Assembly: GCA_017412085.1 (NCBI GenBank) | Contig: JAFPYS010000019.1 | Span: 17,869 to 81,868, forward strand | Direction: 5' to 3' | Length of the DNA stretch: 64,000 nucleotides | Origin: Alphaproteobacteria bacterium | GTDB taxonomy: Bacteria; Pseudomonadota; Alphaproteobacteria; CAAHEQ01; UBA3637 | Part shown: positions 8,902 to 18,496 of the stretch, in pieces | How positions within the stretch are numbered: the first letter of the stretch is position 1 | Layout of the letters: the number at the start of each line of letters is the position of its first letter | Notes under the pieces: model-generated | Databases searched by the model: none | Seen by the model: the letters and a program-made list of their open reading frames with translations, nothing else | What the model was told of the DNA's origin: nothing | Made by a program: the position numbers and the translations under genes

Positions 8902-10890
8902 CTAAATATCCAAATTTTCAACAAATTTGGCGTGTTCTTGGATGAATTGGAAACGATATTCTGGCTTGTTTCCCATTAATTTAGAGACAATATCTTTTGT
9001 ATAAGCCGACTCTTCTTGTTCTTCTTCACTGGTGGGAGATTTACTGGGCACCAAAACTTTTAATAAGGTGCGCTTTGCTGGATCCATAGTTGTTTCCTTT
9101 AATTGATAAGGCGGCATTTCGCCCAATCCTTTAAATCGAGATACTTCCACATTTTTACCCTTGAATGTAGTTGCCAACAGCTTATCTTTTTCGGCATCAT
9201 CTTGCGCATAAACAGATTTTCCACCTTGTGTAATACGATACAAAGGGGGCAGGGCCAAGAATAAATGGCCATTTTCAATCAGTTTTGGCATCTCTTGATA
9301 GAAGAAACTCATTAACAGGCTGGCAATATGGGCGCCGTCCACATCCGCATCCGTCATAACAATCACCTTTTCATAGCGCAGCTTGCTTTCATCATATTTA
9401 TCACGATGACCGCATCCCAGGGCCTCAATCATATCATTGATTTCTTCATTAGCATGAATTTTGTCCTGACTGGCTGAAATCACATTCAAAATCTTGCCGC
9501 GCAGAGGCAAAATAGCTTGATGTGTACGATTGCGTGCTTGTTTGGCGGATCCGCCGGCGGAATCACCTTCAACCAGGAATAATTCTGTACCTTCGACAGA
9601 TTTGTGTGAACAGTCGGCCAATTTGCCGGGCAAACGCAGTTTTTTGGTGGCGCTGGCACGCTGTGTTTCTACAGCCTTTTTGTGGCGTTTGCGTTCTTCG
9701 GAGCGCTCAATAATCCACTCCAATAAAGCTGTTGCCGACTTTGTATCGCGGCTGAGCCAATGATCAAACGGATCTTTCATCGCGTTCTCAACCAACTTGG
9801 TGGCACTTGTTGTCACAAGGCGTTCTTTTGTTTGGCCCTGGAATTGAGGGTCACGAATAAAGACAGACAACATGACGGCGGCTGTGTTCAAAATATCGTC
9901 GCTTGTTACATCTCCGGCGCGTTTGTTCCCAATCATATCCGCAAAGGCCTTGATCCCTTTTGTTAGGCAAATTTTCATCCCAGTTGTATGTGTCCCACCC
10001 AAAGGCGTTGGCACGGTATTACAATAAGATTGTTCGAATGCATCACCAAAATCATCTGGCCAACAAATTGCCCATTCCACAGCACCTTGATTGTCCGGAA
10101 AATCAACGCGTCCAGTGAAAGGTTTCGTAACTTGAGAACGATCTTTCATCAAAAAGTCCAAATAATCAGCTATACCATTGGGGAATTTTAAAACTTGTTC
10201 AACAGGTGTTTTGTCTTCTCCCTGAATCAATTCTGGCGCACAATTCCAACGCACCTCCACACCGCGGAACAGGAAGGCCTTTTGGCGTGCCATACGGAAC
10301 AGGGTGGCCGGCTTAAATTTAATGCTTTCGCCAAAGATTTCTGTGTCGGGCAAAAAGCGCACACTTGTGCCGCGCCGATTGGAAACGCTGCCCAAACATT
10401 GGACAGGGGTTAGGGGCTTTCCTTTTGCATATTCTTGGCGATAAAGTTGTTTGTCTTTGGCAACTTCAATAATCATGTGGCTGGACAAAGCGTTTACAGC
10501 GGACAAACCAACACCATGCAAACCACCGGAAACGTTATAGGCTCCACCACCAAATTTACCGCCGGAATGGAGTGTCGTTGTAATGACTTCTAGGGCGGAT
10601 TTGTCGGGGAACTTTGGATGAGGGTCAACGGGGATACCACGTCCATTATCACGGACCGTGACATAATTATCAGCATCCAACGATACTTCAATGTTTGTTG
10701 CATAGCCAGCGACAGCTTCATCCATAGCGTTGTCGATGATTTCGGCAACCAAATGATGATAGGCGCGTTCGTCAATGCCGCCAATATACATGCCTGGACG
10801 TTTGCGGACGGGTTCCAAACCTTCCAAGACTTCAATATCTTTAGCAGAATAGCTGTTTTTTGTTTCTGTGGCTTCAAATAAATCGCTCAT
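8902..10890 (-). CDS. parE: DNA topoisomerase IV subunit B
   Basis: GHKL ATPase, transducer and TOPRIM domains (LEGLEPVRKRPGMYIGG, EGDSAGG, PLRGKILNV). About 660 aa with no GyrB-type insertion. Start at ATG 10890, preceded by GGAGGT. Confidence 0.85.
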   Translation of the reverse strand: MSDLFEATETKNSYSAKDIEVLEGLEPVRKRPGMYIGGIDERAYHHLVAEIIDNAMDEAVAGYATNIEVSLDADNYVTVRDNGRGIPVDPHPKFPDKSALEVITTTLHSGGKFGGGAYNVSGGLHGVGLSAVNALSSHMIIEVAKDKQLYRQEYAKGKPLTPVQCLGSVSNRRGTSVRFLPDTEIFGESIKFKPATLFRMARQKAFLFRGVEVRWNCAPELIQGEDKTPVEQVLKFPNGIADYLDFLMKDRSQVTKPFTGRVDFPDNQGAVEWAICWPDDFGDAFEQSYCNTVPTPLGGTHTTGMKICLTKGIKAFADMIGNKRAGDVTSDDILNTAAVMLSVFIRDPQFQGQTKERLVTTSATKLVENAMKDPFDHWLSRDTKSATALLEWIIERSEERKRHKKAVETQRASATKKLRLPGKLADCSHKSVEGTELFLVEGDSAGGSAKQARNRTHQAILPLRGKILNVISASQDKIHANEEINDMIEALGCGHRDKYDESKLRYEKVIVMTDADVDGAHIASLLMSFFYQEMPKLIENGHLFLALPPLYRITQGGKSVYAQDDAEKDKLLATTFKGKNVEVSRFKGLGEMPPYQLKETTMDPAKRTLLKVLVPSKSPTSEEEQEESAYTKDIVSKLMGNKPEYRFQFIQEHAKFVENLDI

Positions 10891-10891
10891 G

Positions 10892-11350
10892 TTACCTCCG
10901 CTGAGTACTGTCATGTCCACCGGCATTATAACGACCGAAGTTATCAGCTAATTGTTGTAAGACAGATAATTCCTTGCCGCCTACCTTTGTGATATCGGAT
11001 TCATAGGCAACATTCTTTGCATCATCCAGGGTCAAGTGCTGGATGTCTGAAACTTTCCCCTTTTGGAATGTATAGACATAAACATCACGTTCAACAACTT
11101 TGGGATCAAAGAAAATACAGCTTTCTTTTTTTGCCTCAGCATAAAATAAGACGTCTCCAACACCTTCCGCCGCGTTACTTTCATAATTTGGCGTACCTAA
11201 TACACGCAATACTTTTTCTTTTGAATCGCCAACCTTAACGGACTCTAAGCGCGCAGAGGCGGGCAAATCGCTGGATTTATATTTTTCCAAACCGCAGGCG
11301 GTTAAACATAAAATACTTGAAAGTAAAAATACAATCTTGAACATTTTCAT
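10892..11350 (-). CDS. bamE: Outer membrane assembly lipoprotein BamE (SmpA/OmlA family)
   Basis: Lipoprotein signal MKMFKIVFLLSSILCLTAC, then the SmpA/OmlA-like string VKVGDSKEKVLRVLGTP. ATGs at 11350 and 11344 are both possible; the track ORF runs further upstream. Confidence 0.75.
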   Translation of the reverse strand: MKMFKIVFLLSSILCLTACGLEKYKSSDLPASARLESVKVGDSKEKVLRVLGTPNYESNAAEGVGDVLFYAEAKKESCIFFDPKVVERDVYVYTFQKGKVSDIQHLTLDDAKNVAYESDITKVGGKELSVLQQLADNFGRYNAGGHDSTQRR

Positions 11351-11400
11351 CCTTTTTGTTATTATAATAATCATAATATAGAAAAGAAAGGCGTTCGTCA

Positions 11401-11910
11401 ATGGAAAAAAGCAAAAAGAATGAAAAAGGTTTAAATAGAATTCTGTTTTTAGGTGAAATTGGACCTAATGGATGGAAAGAAGACTTTGTTGCCACGCCGG
11501 CGCAATGTGCGAAAATCGCAGAGCGTTTTGAAATTCCTGCCGTAAAAAGTTTACAAGCACATGTGGCAGCCGCGATTGACGGGGACTTAATTCGGGTGTT
11601 TGGACATATTAAAGCAGATTTGGAACGTACTTGTGTGGTGTCTTTGGATTTGTGCAAAGAGGTTTTAGACACTGATTTTGAAGCGCTATTTGCGGAAAAT
11701 ATAGAAGTTATTAAAGATGGAGAGATGACGGATGATGTTGAGCCTGTTGATCGAGGGCGGTTGGATATTTTTGAAATTATAGCTGAGCAAGTTGGCCTGA
11801 ATATGAATCCGTTTCCACATAAAGTAGATATATCTGGTGATTATATCGAAGAGAAGGGGACTAAAAATCGTCCTTTTGCGAATTTAAAAAATCTGATAAA
11901 AAAGGATTGA
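11401..11910 (+). CDS. YceD/DUF177 family protein
   Basis: 169 aa, acidic. Layout is DUF177-like (C..SL..C pattern, acidic C-terminal half). Confidence 0.65.
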   Translation: MEKSKKNEKGLNRILFLGEIGPNGWKEDFVATPAQCAKIAERFEIPAVKSLQAHVAAAIDGDLIRVFGHIKADLERTCVVSLDLCKEVLDTDFEALFAENIEVIKDGEMTDDVEPVDRGRLDIFEIIAEQVGLNMNPFPHKVDISGDYIEEKGTKNRPFANLKNLIKKD

Positions 11911-11968
11911 CAAGTTATTTTCATTTTGATATAATGAATCTACTAGTTTTTTTAATAAAGGAGTTTAC

Positions 11969-12109
11969 ATGTCAACAAAACAAACATATCAACCCAGTAA
12001 ATTGGTGCGTACGCGTCGTCATGGTTTCCGTGCTCGTATGGAAACAAAGGGCGGACAGAAGGTTTTGAATGCCCGTCGTGCCAAAGGTCGCAAAAAAATT
12101 GCTGTCTAA
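11969..12109 (+). CDS. rpmH: 50S ribosomal protein L34
   Basis: Not in the ORF track (46 aa). Reads [56 protein letters not shown]. Located upstream of rnpA. Confidence 0.95.
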   Translation: MSTKQTYQPSKLVRTRRHGFRARMETKGGQKVLNARRAKGRKKIAV

Positions 12110-12131
12110 GGGTTAGGGATTTGAGATAGAA

Positions 12132-12166
12132 AGCACCCACTTCAATCAGGACGGGTGCTTTTTTTG
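12132..12166 (+). terminator. Rho-independent terminator/attenuator between rpmH and rnpA
   Basis: AGCACCC (12132-12138) pairs with GGGTGCT (12153-12159), followed by a T-run of 8. Confidence 0.5.
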
Positions 12167-12179
12167 TGAAAGGTATATA

Positions 12180-12542
12180 ATGACATTGGGACGTATGAAG
12201 CGACACTTTGATTTTTTGGAGATGCGTGAAGCGCCCACAAAGGCGTTTACAAAATCCTTTGTGTTGCAAGTGCGTCCAAACGACAAAGGGGTAACCCGCG
12301 TTGGCTTTACCGTGTCTAAGCGGATTTCTAAATTAGCGGTGGTACGTAACCGGCTGCGTCGTCAAATGCGTGAGGTTGTGCGTTTGTCCCCGGATATACA
12401 GACAAAGTATCCATCACATGATCTTGTCCTGATTGCTAAAGGTGAAGCCTTGAATCGTGATTATACTCAATTAACAAAAGATTTTGCGTATTTATTGGAT
12501 CATGTTCATGAGGTCGCAGATGATAAAAAAGATAATGGCTAG
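12180..12542 (+). CDS. rnpA: Ribonuclease P protein component
   Basis: 120 aa, basic. RNR motif region VVRNRLRRQMRE. Order is rpmH-rnpA-yidD. Confidence 0.9.
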   Translation: MTLGRMKRHFDFLEMREAPTKAFTKSFVLQVRPNDKGVTRVGFTVSKRISKLAVVRNRLRRQMREVVRLSPDIQTKYPSHDLVLIAKGEALNRDYTQLTKDFAYLLDHVHEVADDKKDNG

Positions 12543-12732
12543 TCTAATCCGATTTTATCAGTTAACTTTTTCCAGTTTGGTCGGGCATTGTTGCCGTTTT
12601 CAGCCGACATGCTCTGAATATGCAAAAGAGGCATATCAAAAGTATGGTATTATAAAGGGAACATATCTGACGGTATGGCGATTGTTGCGCTGCCATCCGT
12701 GGGCAAAAGGTGGCTATGATCCGGTTCCCTGA
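12520..12732 (+). CDS. yidD: Membrane protein insertion efficiency factor YidD
   Basis: Carries FYQLTFS...CRFQPTCSEYAKEA...RLLRCHPW..GGYDPVP. Start trimmed to ATG 12520 (MIKKIMASL), which overlaps the rnpA 3' end. Confidence 0.9.
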   Translation: MIKKIMASLIRFYQLTFSSLVGHCCRFQPTCSEYAKEAYQKYGIIKGTYLTVWRLLRCHPWAKGGYDPVP

Positions 12733-12882
12733 TTTTATATGATTTTAAAACCTATTTCAGACACAGTGTTTTTACCTTGTGTATTTGTATGTGAACGTTT
12801 TATCTAAAAAAGTGAAAAAATCAAGTGCTTTTTTCCTTAAAATCGGGTATGATAAAAGACGAATCGAAGGGGTAAAATAAAA

Positions 12883-14082
12883 ATGCATTTAAAATCAGTG
12901 GGTTGTTTGTTGCTGTTGATTGTTGGTGTTGTGGCAAAGGATGCCTGCGCTATGGATGATTTTACCCTTTGGAAGCAAAATTTTAGACAAGAAGCCTTAC
13001 ATGCCGGCGTTTCCACCGCAACATTGAATAAGTTTTTACCCCGAATGAAATTGTTGCCCCAAGTGGTTCAAGCGGATAAAAAGCAGCCTGAATTTGTTTC
13101 AACATTTTGGGAATATACAGATGCACGTTTAACACAAGGACGAATTGATCAAGGCAAGATGTTGTTAAAACGTTATCCGACATGGTTAAAAAGAATTTCT
13201 GATACCTATAATGTACCGGCGGAATATATCTTGGCGTTTTGGGGATTAGAAACGAATTATGGAAAAATAACAGGAAACACGGATGTTTTAAATGCCTTAA
13301 CGACATTGGCATATAATCCACGTCGCCGGAAATTCTTTACCCGCGAATTGATTGCGTTTTTGAAAATTTTGGAACAAGAAAGATGGGATTCTGTCCAAGG
13401 CTCTTGGGCGGGGGCTTTTGGACAATTTCAATTTATGCCAACAACATTTGAGACATACGCTGTTGATGCCGATAAAAATGGATCGCGCAATATCTTAACA
13501 AGCATGCCGGATGCCTTTGCTTCTGCGGCAAACTATCTTCACAAAATGGGTTGGGATCCAGCGGAAAGTTGGGGACAGGAAGTACAATTGCCAGTGCATT
13601 TAAACTGGACGGCTGTCTATAAAAACAAAGAAAAAACGCTTGCTGAGTGGCAAGCTTTGGGAATTTTACCTGTGGCGGGCGCCTGGCGGTCAGACAATCA
13701 GACGAAAGCTTCATTGCTGATGCCTATGGGAAAGTCTGGGCCTGCATTTTTGACCTTTCCGAATTTTAAGCGTGTAATGCGATGGAATAAATCAGAACTT
13801 TATGCTTTATCTGTTTGTTTTTTGGCCGATATCTTAGCGGATGATTGGAATGGTATTGCGCATCCACGGACAGAGCAAAGATTATCAACTGCGCAAGTTT
13901 ATGAAATCCAAGATCGTTTGGCAAGTTTGGGGTATTACCAGAACGTGCCAGATGGTTTGGTCGGTAGCAAAACCCACCGTGCTATTATGGCTTTTCAACA
14001 TGATAAAGGGGTTGATGAAGACGGATATCCAAGCAAAGAATTGCTTGATTTATTAAATACTTATAGAAAGGAGTTAAATTAA
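12883..14082 (+). CDS. Lytic murein transglycosylase (MltB/SLT_2 family) with a C-terminal peptidoglycan-binding domain
   Basis: Signal peptide, catalytic region FWGLETNYG and GAFGQFQFMPTTF. C-terminal PG_binding_1-like repeat (LASLGYY...DG..G..T..A...FQ). Confidence 0.85.
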   Translation: MHLKSVGCLLLLIVGVVAKDACAMDDFTLWKQNFRQEALHAGVSTATLNKFLPRMKLLPQVVQADKKQPEFVSTFWEYTDARLTQGRIDQGKMLLKRYPTWLKRISDTYNVPAEYILAFWGLETNYGKITGNTDVLNALTTLAYNPRRRKFFTRELIAFLKILEQERWDSVQGSWAGAFGQFQFMPTTFETYAVDADKNGSRNILTSMPDAFASAANYLHKMGWDPAESWGQEVQLPVHLNWTAVYKNKEKTLAEWQALGILPVAGAWRSDNQTKASLLMPMGKSGPAFLTFPNFKRVMRWNKSELYALSVCFLADILADDWNGIAHPRTEQRLSTAQVYEIQDRLASLGYYQNVPDGLVGSKTHRAIMAFQHDKGVDEDGYPSKELLDLLNTYRKELN

Positions 14083-14999
14083 TGATTAAATATGTTTTAT
14101 TGCTGACAACAGCGTTAACTTTAAGTGCTTGTACCTCAAGTTCTTTGTTTGAATCATGGGAAGAAGAAGAGCCAAATACGGCAGATACGGTGATTCCAAA
14201 TGGAAGTTTTTATAAGGTGGAAAAACCATATGAGATTAATGGTGTTTGGTATTTCCCGGCCGAAAATTATGACTATTCAGAAAAAGGTTTGGCTTCATGG
14301 TACATGCCAGCCAACGGCCGTGCGGCGAAGACTGCAAATGGTGAGGAATATATTGCCACAGAAATGACAGCACGCCATAAAACTTTACCATTGCCAAGTA
14401 TTGTTAAAATTACAAATCTGGAAAATAACAAAAGTATCATTGCGCGTGTTAACGATCGCGGCCCAATGGTCAACAATCGTTTAATTGATGTTTCACAAAA
14501 GGCTGCTCAAGAATTGGGCTTCCCTGTGACAGGAACAACCTCTGTAATGGTGGAAGTGATGCCAAAAGAAAGTCAGGAAATTCGTGATGCATTGTTGGCT
14601 TCCGGTCGTGTCTACACGGAAGATGGCGCAACACAAGAATTGTCTGTTGTGCCTCCAATGCCAGTTCCAGTAGAAGAAGCTCCCGCTGTGGAGGTTGCGC
14701 CAGCACCAGTTTATACGCCAGCTGAACCTGTTTATACAACAAAGACCAAGAAAGTTGTGATTTCTGGTGGAACGGGTAATGTGTATATTCAATTGGGTGC
14801 CTATGGTGATCCCGCAAATGCATCAAAAGTACAACGTGCAGTATCAGCGGTGACACAGGTTGAGACGGGCACAAAGGCAAGCGGTGGAAGAACTTTAACT
14901 GTTGTGAAAGCCGGACCTTACGCTGACAAAGCAGAAGCTGAACAAGTTTTACGCCAGTTAAAGCAAATGGGATACCGTGACGCGTATATCGCAAAATAA
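14082..14999 (+). CDS. rlpA: Septal ring lytic transglycosylase RlpA (DPBB domain plus SPOR domain)
   Basis: Lipobox LTLSAC. DPBB core ASWY...NGE...MTARHKTLPLPS...V.NL.N....ARVNDRGP. Pro/Val-rich linker. C-terminal SPOR-like YIQLGAY...A..V. Confidence 0.85.
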   Translation: MIKYVLLLTTALTLSACTSSSLFESWEEEEPNTADTVIPNGSFYKVEKPYEINGVWYFPAENYDYSEKGLASWYMPANGRAAKTANGEEYIATEMTARHKTLPLPSIVKITNLENNKSIIARVNDRGPMVNNRLIDVSQKAAQELGFPVTGTTSVMVEVMPKESQEIRDALLASGRVYTEDGATQELSVVPPMPVPVEEAPAVEVAPAPVYTPAEPVYTTKTKKVVISGGTGNVYIQLGAYGDPANASKVQRAVSAVTQVETGTKASGGRTLTVVKAGPYADKAEAEQVLRQLKQMGYRDAYIAK

Positions 15000-15008
15000 G
15001 GAGAAAGA

Positions 15009-16139
15009 ATGAAAAAGCTGTTATTAGTTTCGTTGCTGCTTGGATCCACAATTCTTCATGCTGAGGAATTGTCGACAGCGGCATCGCATGCGTTGTTGAT
15101 GGATGCTGACACTGGCACCGTTTTGTTTGAAAAAAATGCCGATGAAAAAATGCACCCTGCCTCAATGAGTAAACTGATGACAGCTTATCTTATTTTTGAA
15201 GCCTTGAAAAAAGGACAATATACCTTAGATTCGGAATTTGTTGTATCGGACAATGCATGGGAGAAAGGAGGCGCCAAGACAGGTGGCTCAACGATGTTCC
15301 TTAATCCGAAGCAATCTGTAAAAATTCGAGATCTGCTGCGCGGGATTATTGTGCAATCAGGGAATGATGCATGTATTGTGGCGGCCGAAGGGATTGCTGG
15401 ATCCGAAGAAGCATTTGCTCAAATGATGAACGCAAAAGCTAAGAAGTTGGGATTACAAAATTCATCGTTCAGAAATGCCACAGGCTTACCAAATCCAGAT
15501 CATCTAATGAGCGCGAAAGATTTGGCCTTATTGGCTCAACATCTTATTAATGATTTTCCAGAATATTATCCCATCTATTCGGAAAAGGAGTTCACTTACA
15601 ATAAGATTAAACAACAAAATCGCAACCCTTTGTTGACGCAAATGCCAGGGGCAGATGGTTTGAAAACAGGGCATACGGAAGAATCAGGTTATGGCTTGAC
15701 GGGTTCCGTGAAGACCGCGGATGGTCGCCGGTTGATTATGGTTATTAATGGTCTTAAAACAATGGCAGATCGTGCAAAGGAATCACAAAAAGTGATGAGT
15801 TGGGGAATCGCAAATTTTGAAAATGCGGCCGTTTTATCACCGGATAAGCCCTTGGTTGATGTTCCTGTTTGGTTGGGAAAAGAACTGACAGTTTCTGGGG
15901 TGCCGGCTTCAAAGCTTGTCAAAACCATTCACCGATGGGATACTCCAGAAATTAAATCTGTTGTACGTTTTAATGCCCCTGTAAAAGCGCCGATCCAGCA
16001 AGGACAAAAGCTTGGGGTTATTACAACAACAATGCCAGATGGAGAGGAGATTACAACGGATTTGATTGCACAGAAATCTGTGGAAAAGTTGGGGTATTTC
16101 GCAAAAATAAAAGCGCTAATTTTGGGAAGGAAGGAATAA
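15009..16139 (+). CDS. D-alanyl-D-alanine carboxypeptidase (PBP5/6 class)
   Basis: Signal peptide. SxxK (ASMSKLMT), SGN (QSGND) and KTG (LKTGHT) motifs. C-terminal PBP5 beta-sandwich domain. Confidence 0.9.
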   Translation: MKKLLLVSLLLGSTILHAEELSTAASHALLMDADTGTVLFEKNADEKMHPASMSKLMTAYLIFEALKKGQYTLDSEFVVSDNAWEKGGAKTGGSTMFLNPKQSVKIRDLLRGIIVQSGNDACIVAAEGIAGSEEAFAQMMNAKAKKLGLQNSSFRNATGLPNPDHLMSAKDLALLAQHLINDFPEYYPIYSEKEFTYNKIKQQNRNPLLTQMPGADGLKTGHTEESGYGLTGSVKTADGRRLIMVINGLKTMADRAKESQKVMSWGIANFENAAVLSPDKPLVDVPVWLGKELTVSGVPASKLVKTIHRWDTPEIKSVVRFNAPVKAPIQQGQKLGVITTTMPDGEEITTDLIAQKSVEKLGYFAKIKALILGRKE

Positions 16140-16140
16140 A

Positions 16141-16788
16141 ATGGCTGGACGCTTTATTACATTTGAAGGGGGAGAAGGGTCTGGGAAGTCAACCCAAATT
16201 AAATTGTTAGCGGAAGAGCTGATAAAAGCAGGTAGGGATGTCCTTACGACCCGGGAGCCCGGTGGAACGGCAGAGGGTGTGAAAATCAGGGAAATTCTTG
16301 TTACAGGGAATGCCGATTTTACACGCACAACGGAGACATTATTATTTTTTGCGGATAGATGTGAACACGTTATGAAAAAGATTATGCCGGCGGTTAAAGC
16401 GGGACAGATTGTGTTGTGTGATCGTTTTGCGGACAGCACGATGGCCTATCAAGGCTATGGATATGGAGATAATCCCGATCAGCAGCAATTAATTAAAAGC
16501 CTGTATAAGGAAGTGGTGGGCGATTTTAAGCCGGACTTGACTATTTTATTGGATGTTCCGGTAGAAACCGGATTAAGCCGGAGCCGTCGAGCAGATAATA
16601 TAGAGGTGCGTTTTGAAAACAAAGAATTGGCATTTCATGAGCGTTTGCGCCAGGCCTATTTGAAAATGGCGAACGATGAGCCAGAGCGTTTTGCAATTGT
16701 GGACGCAACCCAGCCAATTCCAGAAATTCATGATCAGATTATGAAGATTATTGAGCAACGGGGCTTGTTAAAAGCGGAGAAGGTCTAA
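16141..16788 (+). CDS. tmk: Thymidylate kinase
   Basis: P-loop FITFEGGEGSGKSTQ, DRF motif (CDRFADST), 215 aa. Confidence 0.9.
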   Translation: MAGRFITFEGGEGSGKSTQIKLLAEELIKAGRDVLTTREPGGTAEGVKIREILVTGNADFTRTTETLLFFADRCEHVMKKIMPAVKAGQIVLCDRFADSTMAYQGYGYGDNPDQQQLIKSLYKEVVGDFKPDLTILLDVPVETGLSRSRRADNIEVRFENKELAFHERLRQAYLKMANDEPERFAIVDATQPIPEIHDQIMKIIEQRGLLKAEKV

Positions 16789-16790
16789 TT

Positions 16791-17723
16791 ATGTACGAAA
16801 AAGAGCGTGCTCAGATAGTTGATTCTTTAAGAGACGGTGCTGCAAAATCTTGGATTATTGTTGGCCCGCATGGTGTGGGCAAGGAAGATTTTGCCAAAAA
16901 TGTGGTGAAGGTCTTGACGCACGACTTTAACGAATATAACCCCTGTGTTCAATGGATTAGCTGTGGTTTGACGGATGCGGCCAAAAAAGAGATTCAAAAA
17001 GCTATTTTGGCGGGTGAAAAAATAGAAGACAAAGAGTGGGCAACGAAAACGGAAATCACTGTTGATGATGTACGGGAAGGATGCCATTTTTTGTCACTAA
17101 AATCCAATAAAATCAAAATTCTAGTTTTTAATTTAGCGGATGATATGAATGAAAATGCCCAAAACGCTTTGTTAAAAACATTGGAAGAGCCGTATCCAAA
17201 CACCTTAATATTGTTGCTATGCGAAAATATTGGCAAGTTGGTTCGAACGATTTTATCGCGTTGCCAAAAAATTACTTTAAAGGCTCCCAGTAAAGAAGAG
17301 TTTAAGAAAGAATTGTTGAAGACTCATCCAGAGTTATCGGAGACAGAATTGGATCTTTTATCTTTTCTTGCTGATAATGTGCCGGGAATGGGCAAAGAGA
17401 TTGTTGAACAAGATGGCCTGGCGATTTTTGATCGTGTGCAGCATTTATTTGTTAGGCGAGATCAGTTGGATGCTCAAGATTTATTATTGTTTTCTGAACA
17501 GGTTTCCAAAAATGAAAATGTATTTGATTTAACCCAAAAAATTATTTTGAAATGCCTAACTGCTTTGGCTGAAAAATATGTTGCAATAGATATGGAAAAA
17601 GCATATAAATTAAGTAATCTGTACGAAGAAATGAAGCTTTATTTTACCCAAATAGATTCAATGAATCTTGATAAAAAACAGGCTCTTGTTTCGATTGTTT
17701 ATCAAATATCGGAGGCGCTATGA
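16791..17723 (+). CDS. holB: DNA polymerase III subunit delta'
   Basis: 310 aa. Degenerate Walker A GPHGVGKEDFA, NALLKTLEEP motif, SRCQ sensor. Conserved position after tmk. Confidence 0.75.
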   Translation: MYEKERAQIVDSLRDGAAKSWIIVGPHGVGKEDFAKNVVKVLTHDFNEYNPCVQWISCGLTDAAKKEIQKAILAGEKIEDKEWATKTEITVDDVREGCHFLSLKSNKIKILVFNLADDMNENAQNALLKTLEEPYPNTLILLLCENIGKLVRTILSRCQKITLKAPSKEEFKKELLKTHPELSETELDLLSFLADNVPGMGKEIVEQDGLAIFDRVQHLFVRRDQLDAQDLLLFSEQVSKNENVFDLTQKIILKCLTALAEKYVAIDMEKAYKLSNLYEEMKLYFTQIDSMNLDKKQALVSIVYQISEAL

Positions 17724-18496
17724 CGATAGATAGTCATTGCCATTTAGATCAAGCAGATTATGAAGAACCGGTTGATTTCGTTATTCAACGGGCAGAGGCA
17801 GCTGGTGTTGACCATATAATGGCGGTCGCTTGTAATCCTGATGATTTTGAAGAATTATCGAAACAATTGAAACAACATGCTTGTTTATATGGCGCCTTTG
17901 GGATTCATCCGGAATATGCCCATAAACAACACGATCTGGATAATTTGAAAAAGTGCTTGATAGAAAATCGGGCTGTTGCTTTGGGAGAATGTGGATTGGA
18001 TTACCATGAAGCAGAGGCTACACATGAACAACAACAAGATCTTTTTCAAAAGCAAATTGATTTAGCCCATCAAATGCATTTGCCTTTGATGATACATGCG
18101 CGCGATGCGGAAGGCGATATGCGAGCAATCTTGAAACAAGCCTACAAGGCGGGCAAATTAACGGATGGGTTTGTTTTGCATTGTTTTTCTGGCAGTGCTG
18201 ATATGGCGCGTGAAGCGGTTGAAATGGGGGGATTTTTGTCTGCTTCTGGTGTGATTACATTTAAAAATGCTGAACGGGTGAGAGAGATTTTTGCCCAAAT
18301 TCCGCTTGCAAATTTATTGGTTGAAACAGATGCGCCTTATCTGGCTCCACATCCTTTGCGGGGGAAGCCAAATGAACCAGCTTATGTGCAGTACACTTTG
18401 GCCAAGTTGGCGGAAATTAAGGGCGTTTCTGTGAAAGAAATGGAAAAAATAACAACAGAAAATTTTGGTAGATTATACCTGAAAGGACAACAATGA
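17720..18496 (+). CDS. TatD family metal-dependent hydrolase
   Basis: IDSHCHLD, GECGLDY, IHARDA and ETDAPYL motifs, 258 aa. Confidence 0.85.
   Translation: MTIDSHCHLDQADYEEPVDFVIQRAEAAGVDHIMAVACNPDDFEELSKQLKQHACLYGAFGIHPEYAHKQHDLDNLKKCLIENRAVALGECGLDYHEAEATHEQQQDLFQKQIDLAHQMHLPLMIHARDAEGDMRAILKQAYKAGKLTDGFVLHCFSGSADMAREAVEMGGFLSASGVITFKNAERVREIFAQIPLANLLVETDAPYLAPHPLRGKPNEPAYVQYTLAKLAEIKGVSVKEMEKITTENFGRLYLKGQQ

Noticed and set aside
8902-10890. Calling the type IIA topoisomerase B subunit GyrB
   Set aside because: At about 660 aa it lacks the extra length and insertion typical of proteobacterial GyrB (about 800 aa). A probable parC start lies at the window edge. ParE is the better call, though only a phylogeny would settle it.
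11277-11672. 131-aa minus-strand ORF spanning the bamE / yceD divergent region
   Set aside because: It overlaps two oppositely oriented genes with clear family signatures and has no RBS. It is spurious.
12733-12882. 150-nt spacer after yidD as a possible ncRNA or riboswitch
   Set aside because: It has only a weak 5-bp hairpin (ACACA/TGTGT) and A/T runs, with no conserved riboswitch core that I recognise. It is most simply the mltB-like gene's promoter region.
14470-15165. 231-aa minus-strand ORF (plus the nested 99-aa ORF at 14493-14792)
   Set aside because: It lies entirely antisense to the well-supported rlpA 3' half and the dacC-type gene start. The protein is low-complexity (Gln/Leu/His-rich), has no RBS and no recognisable motif. 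It is a shadow ORF.
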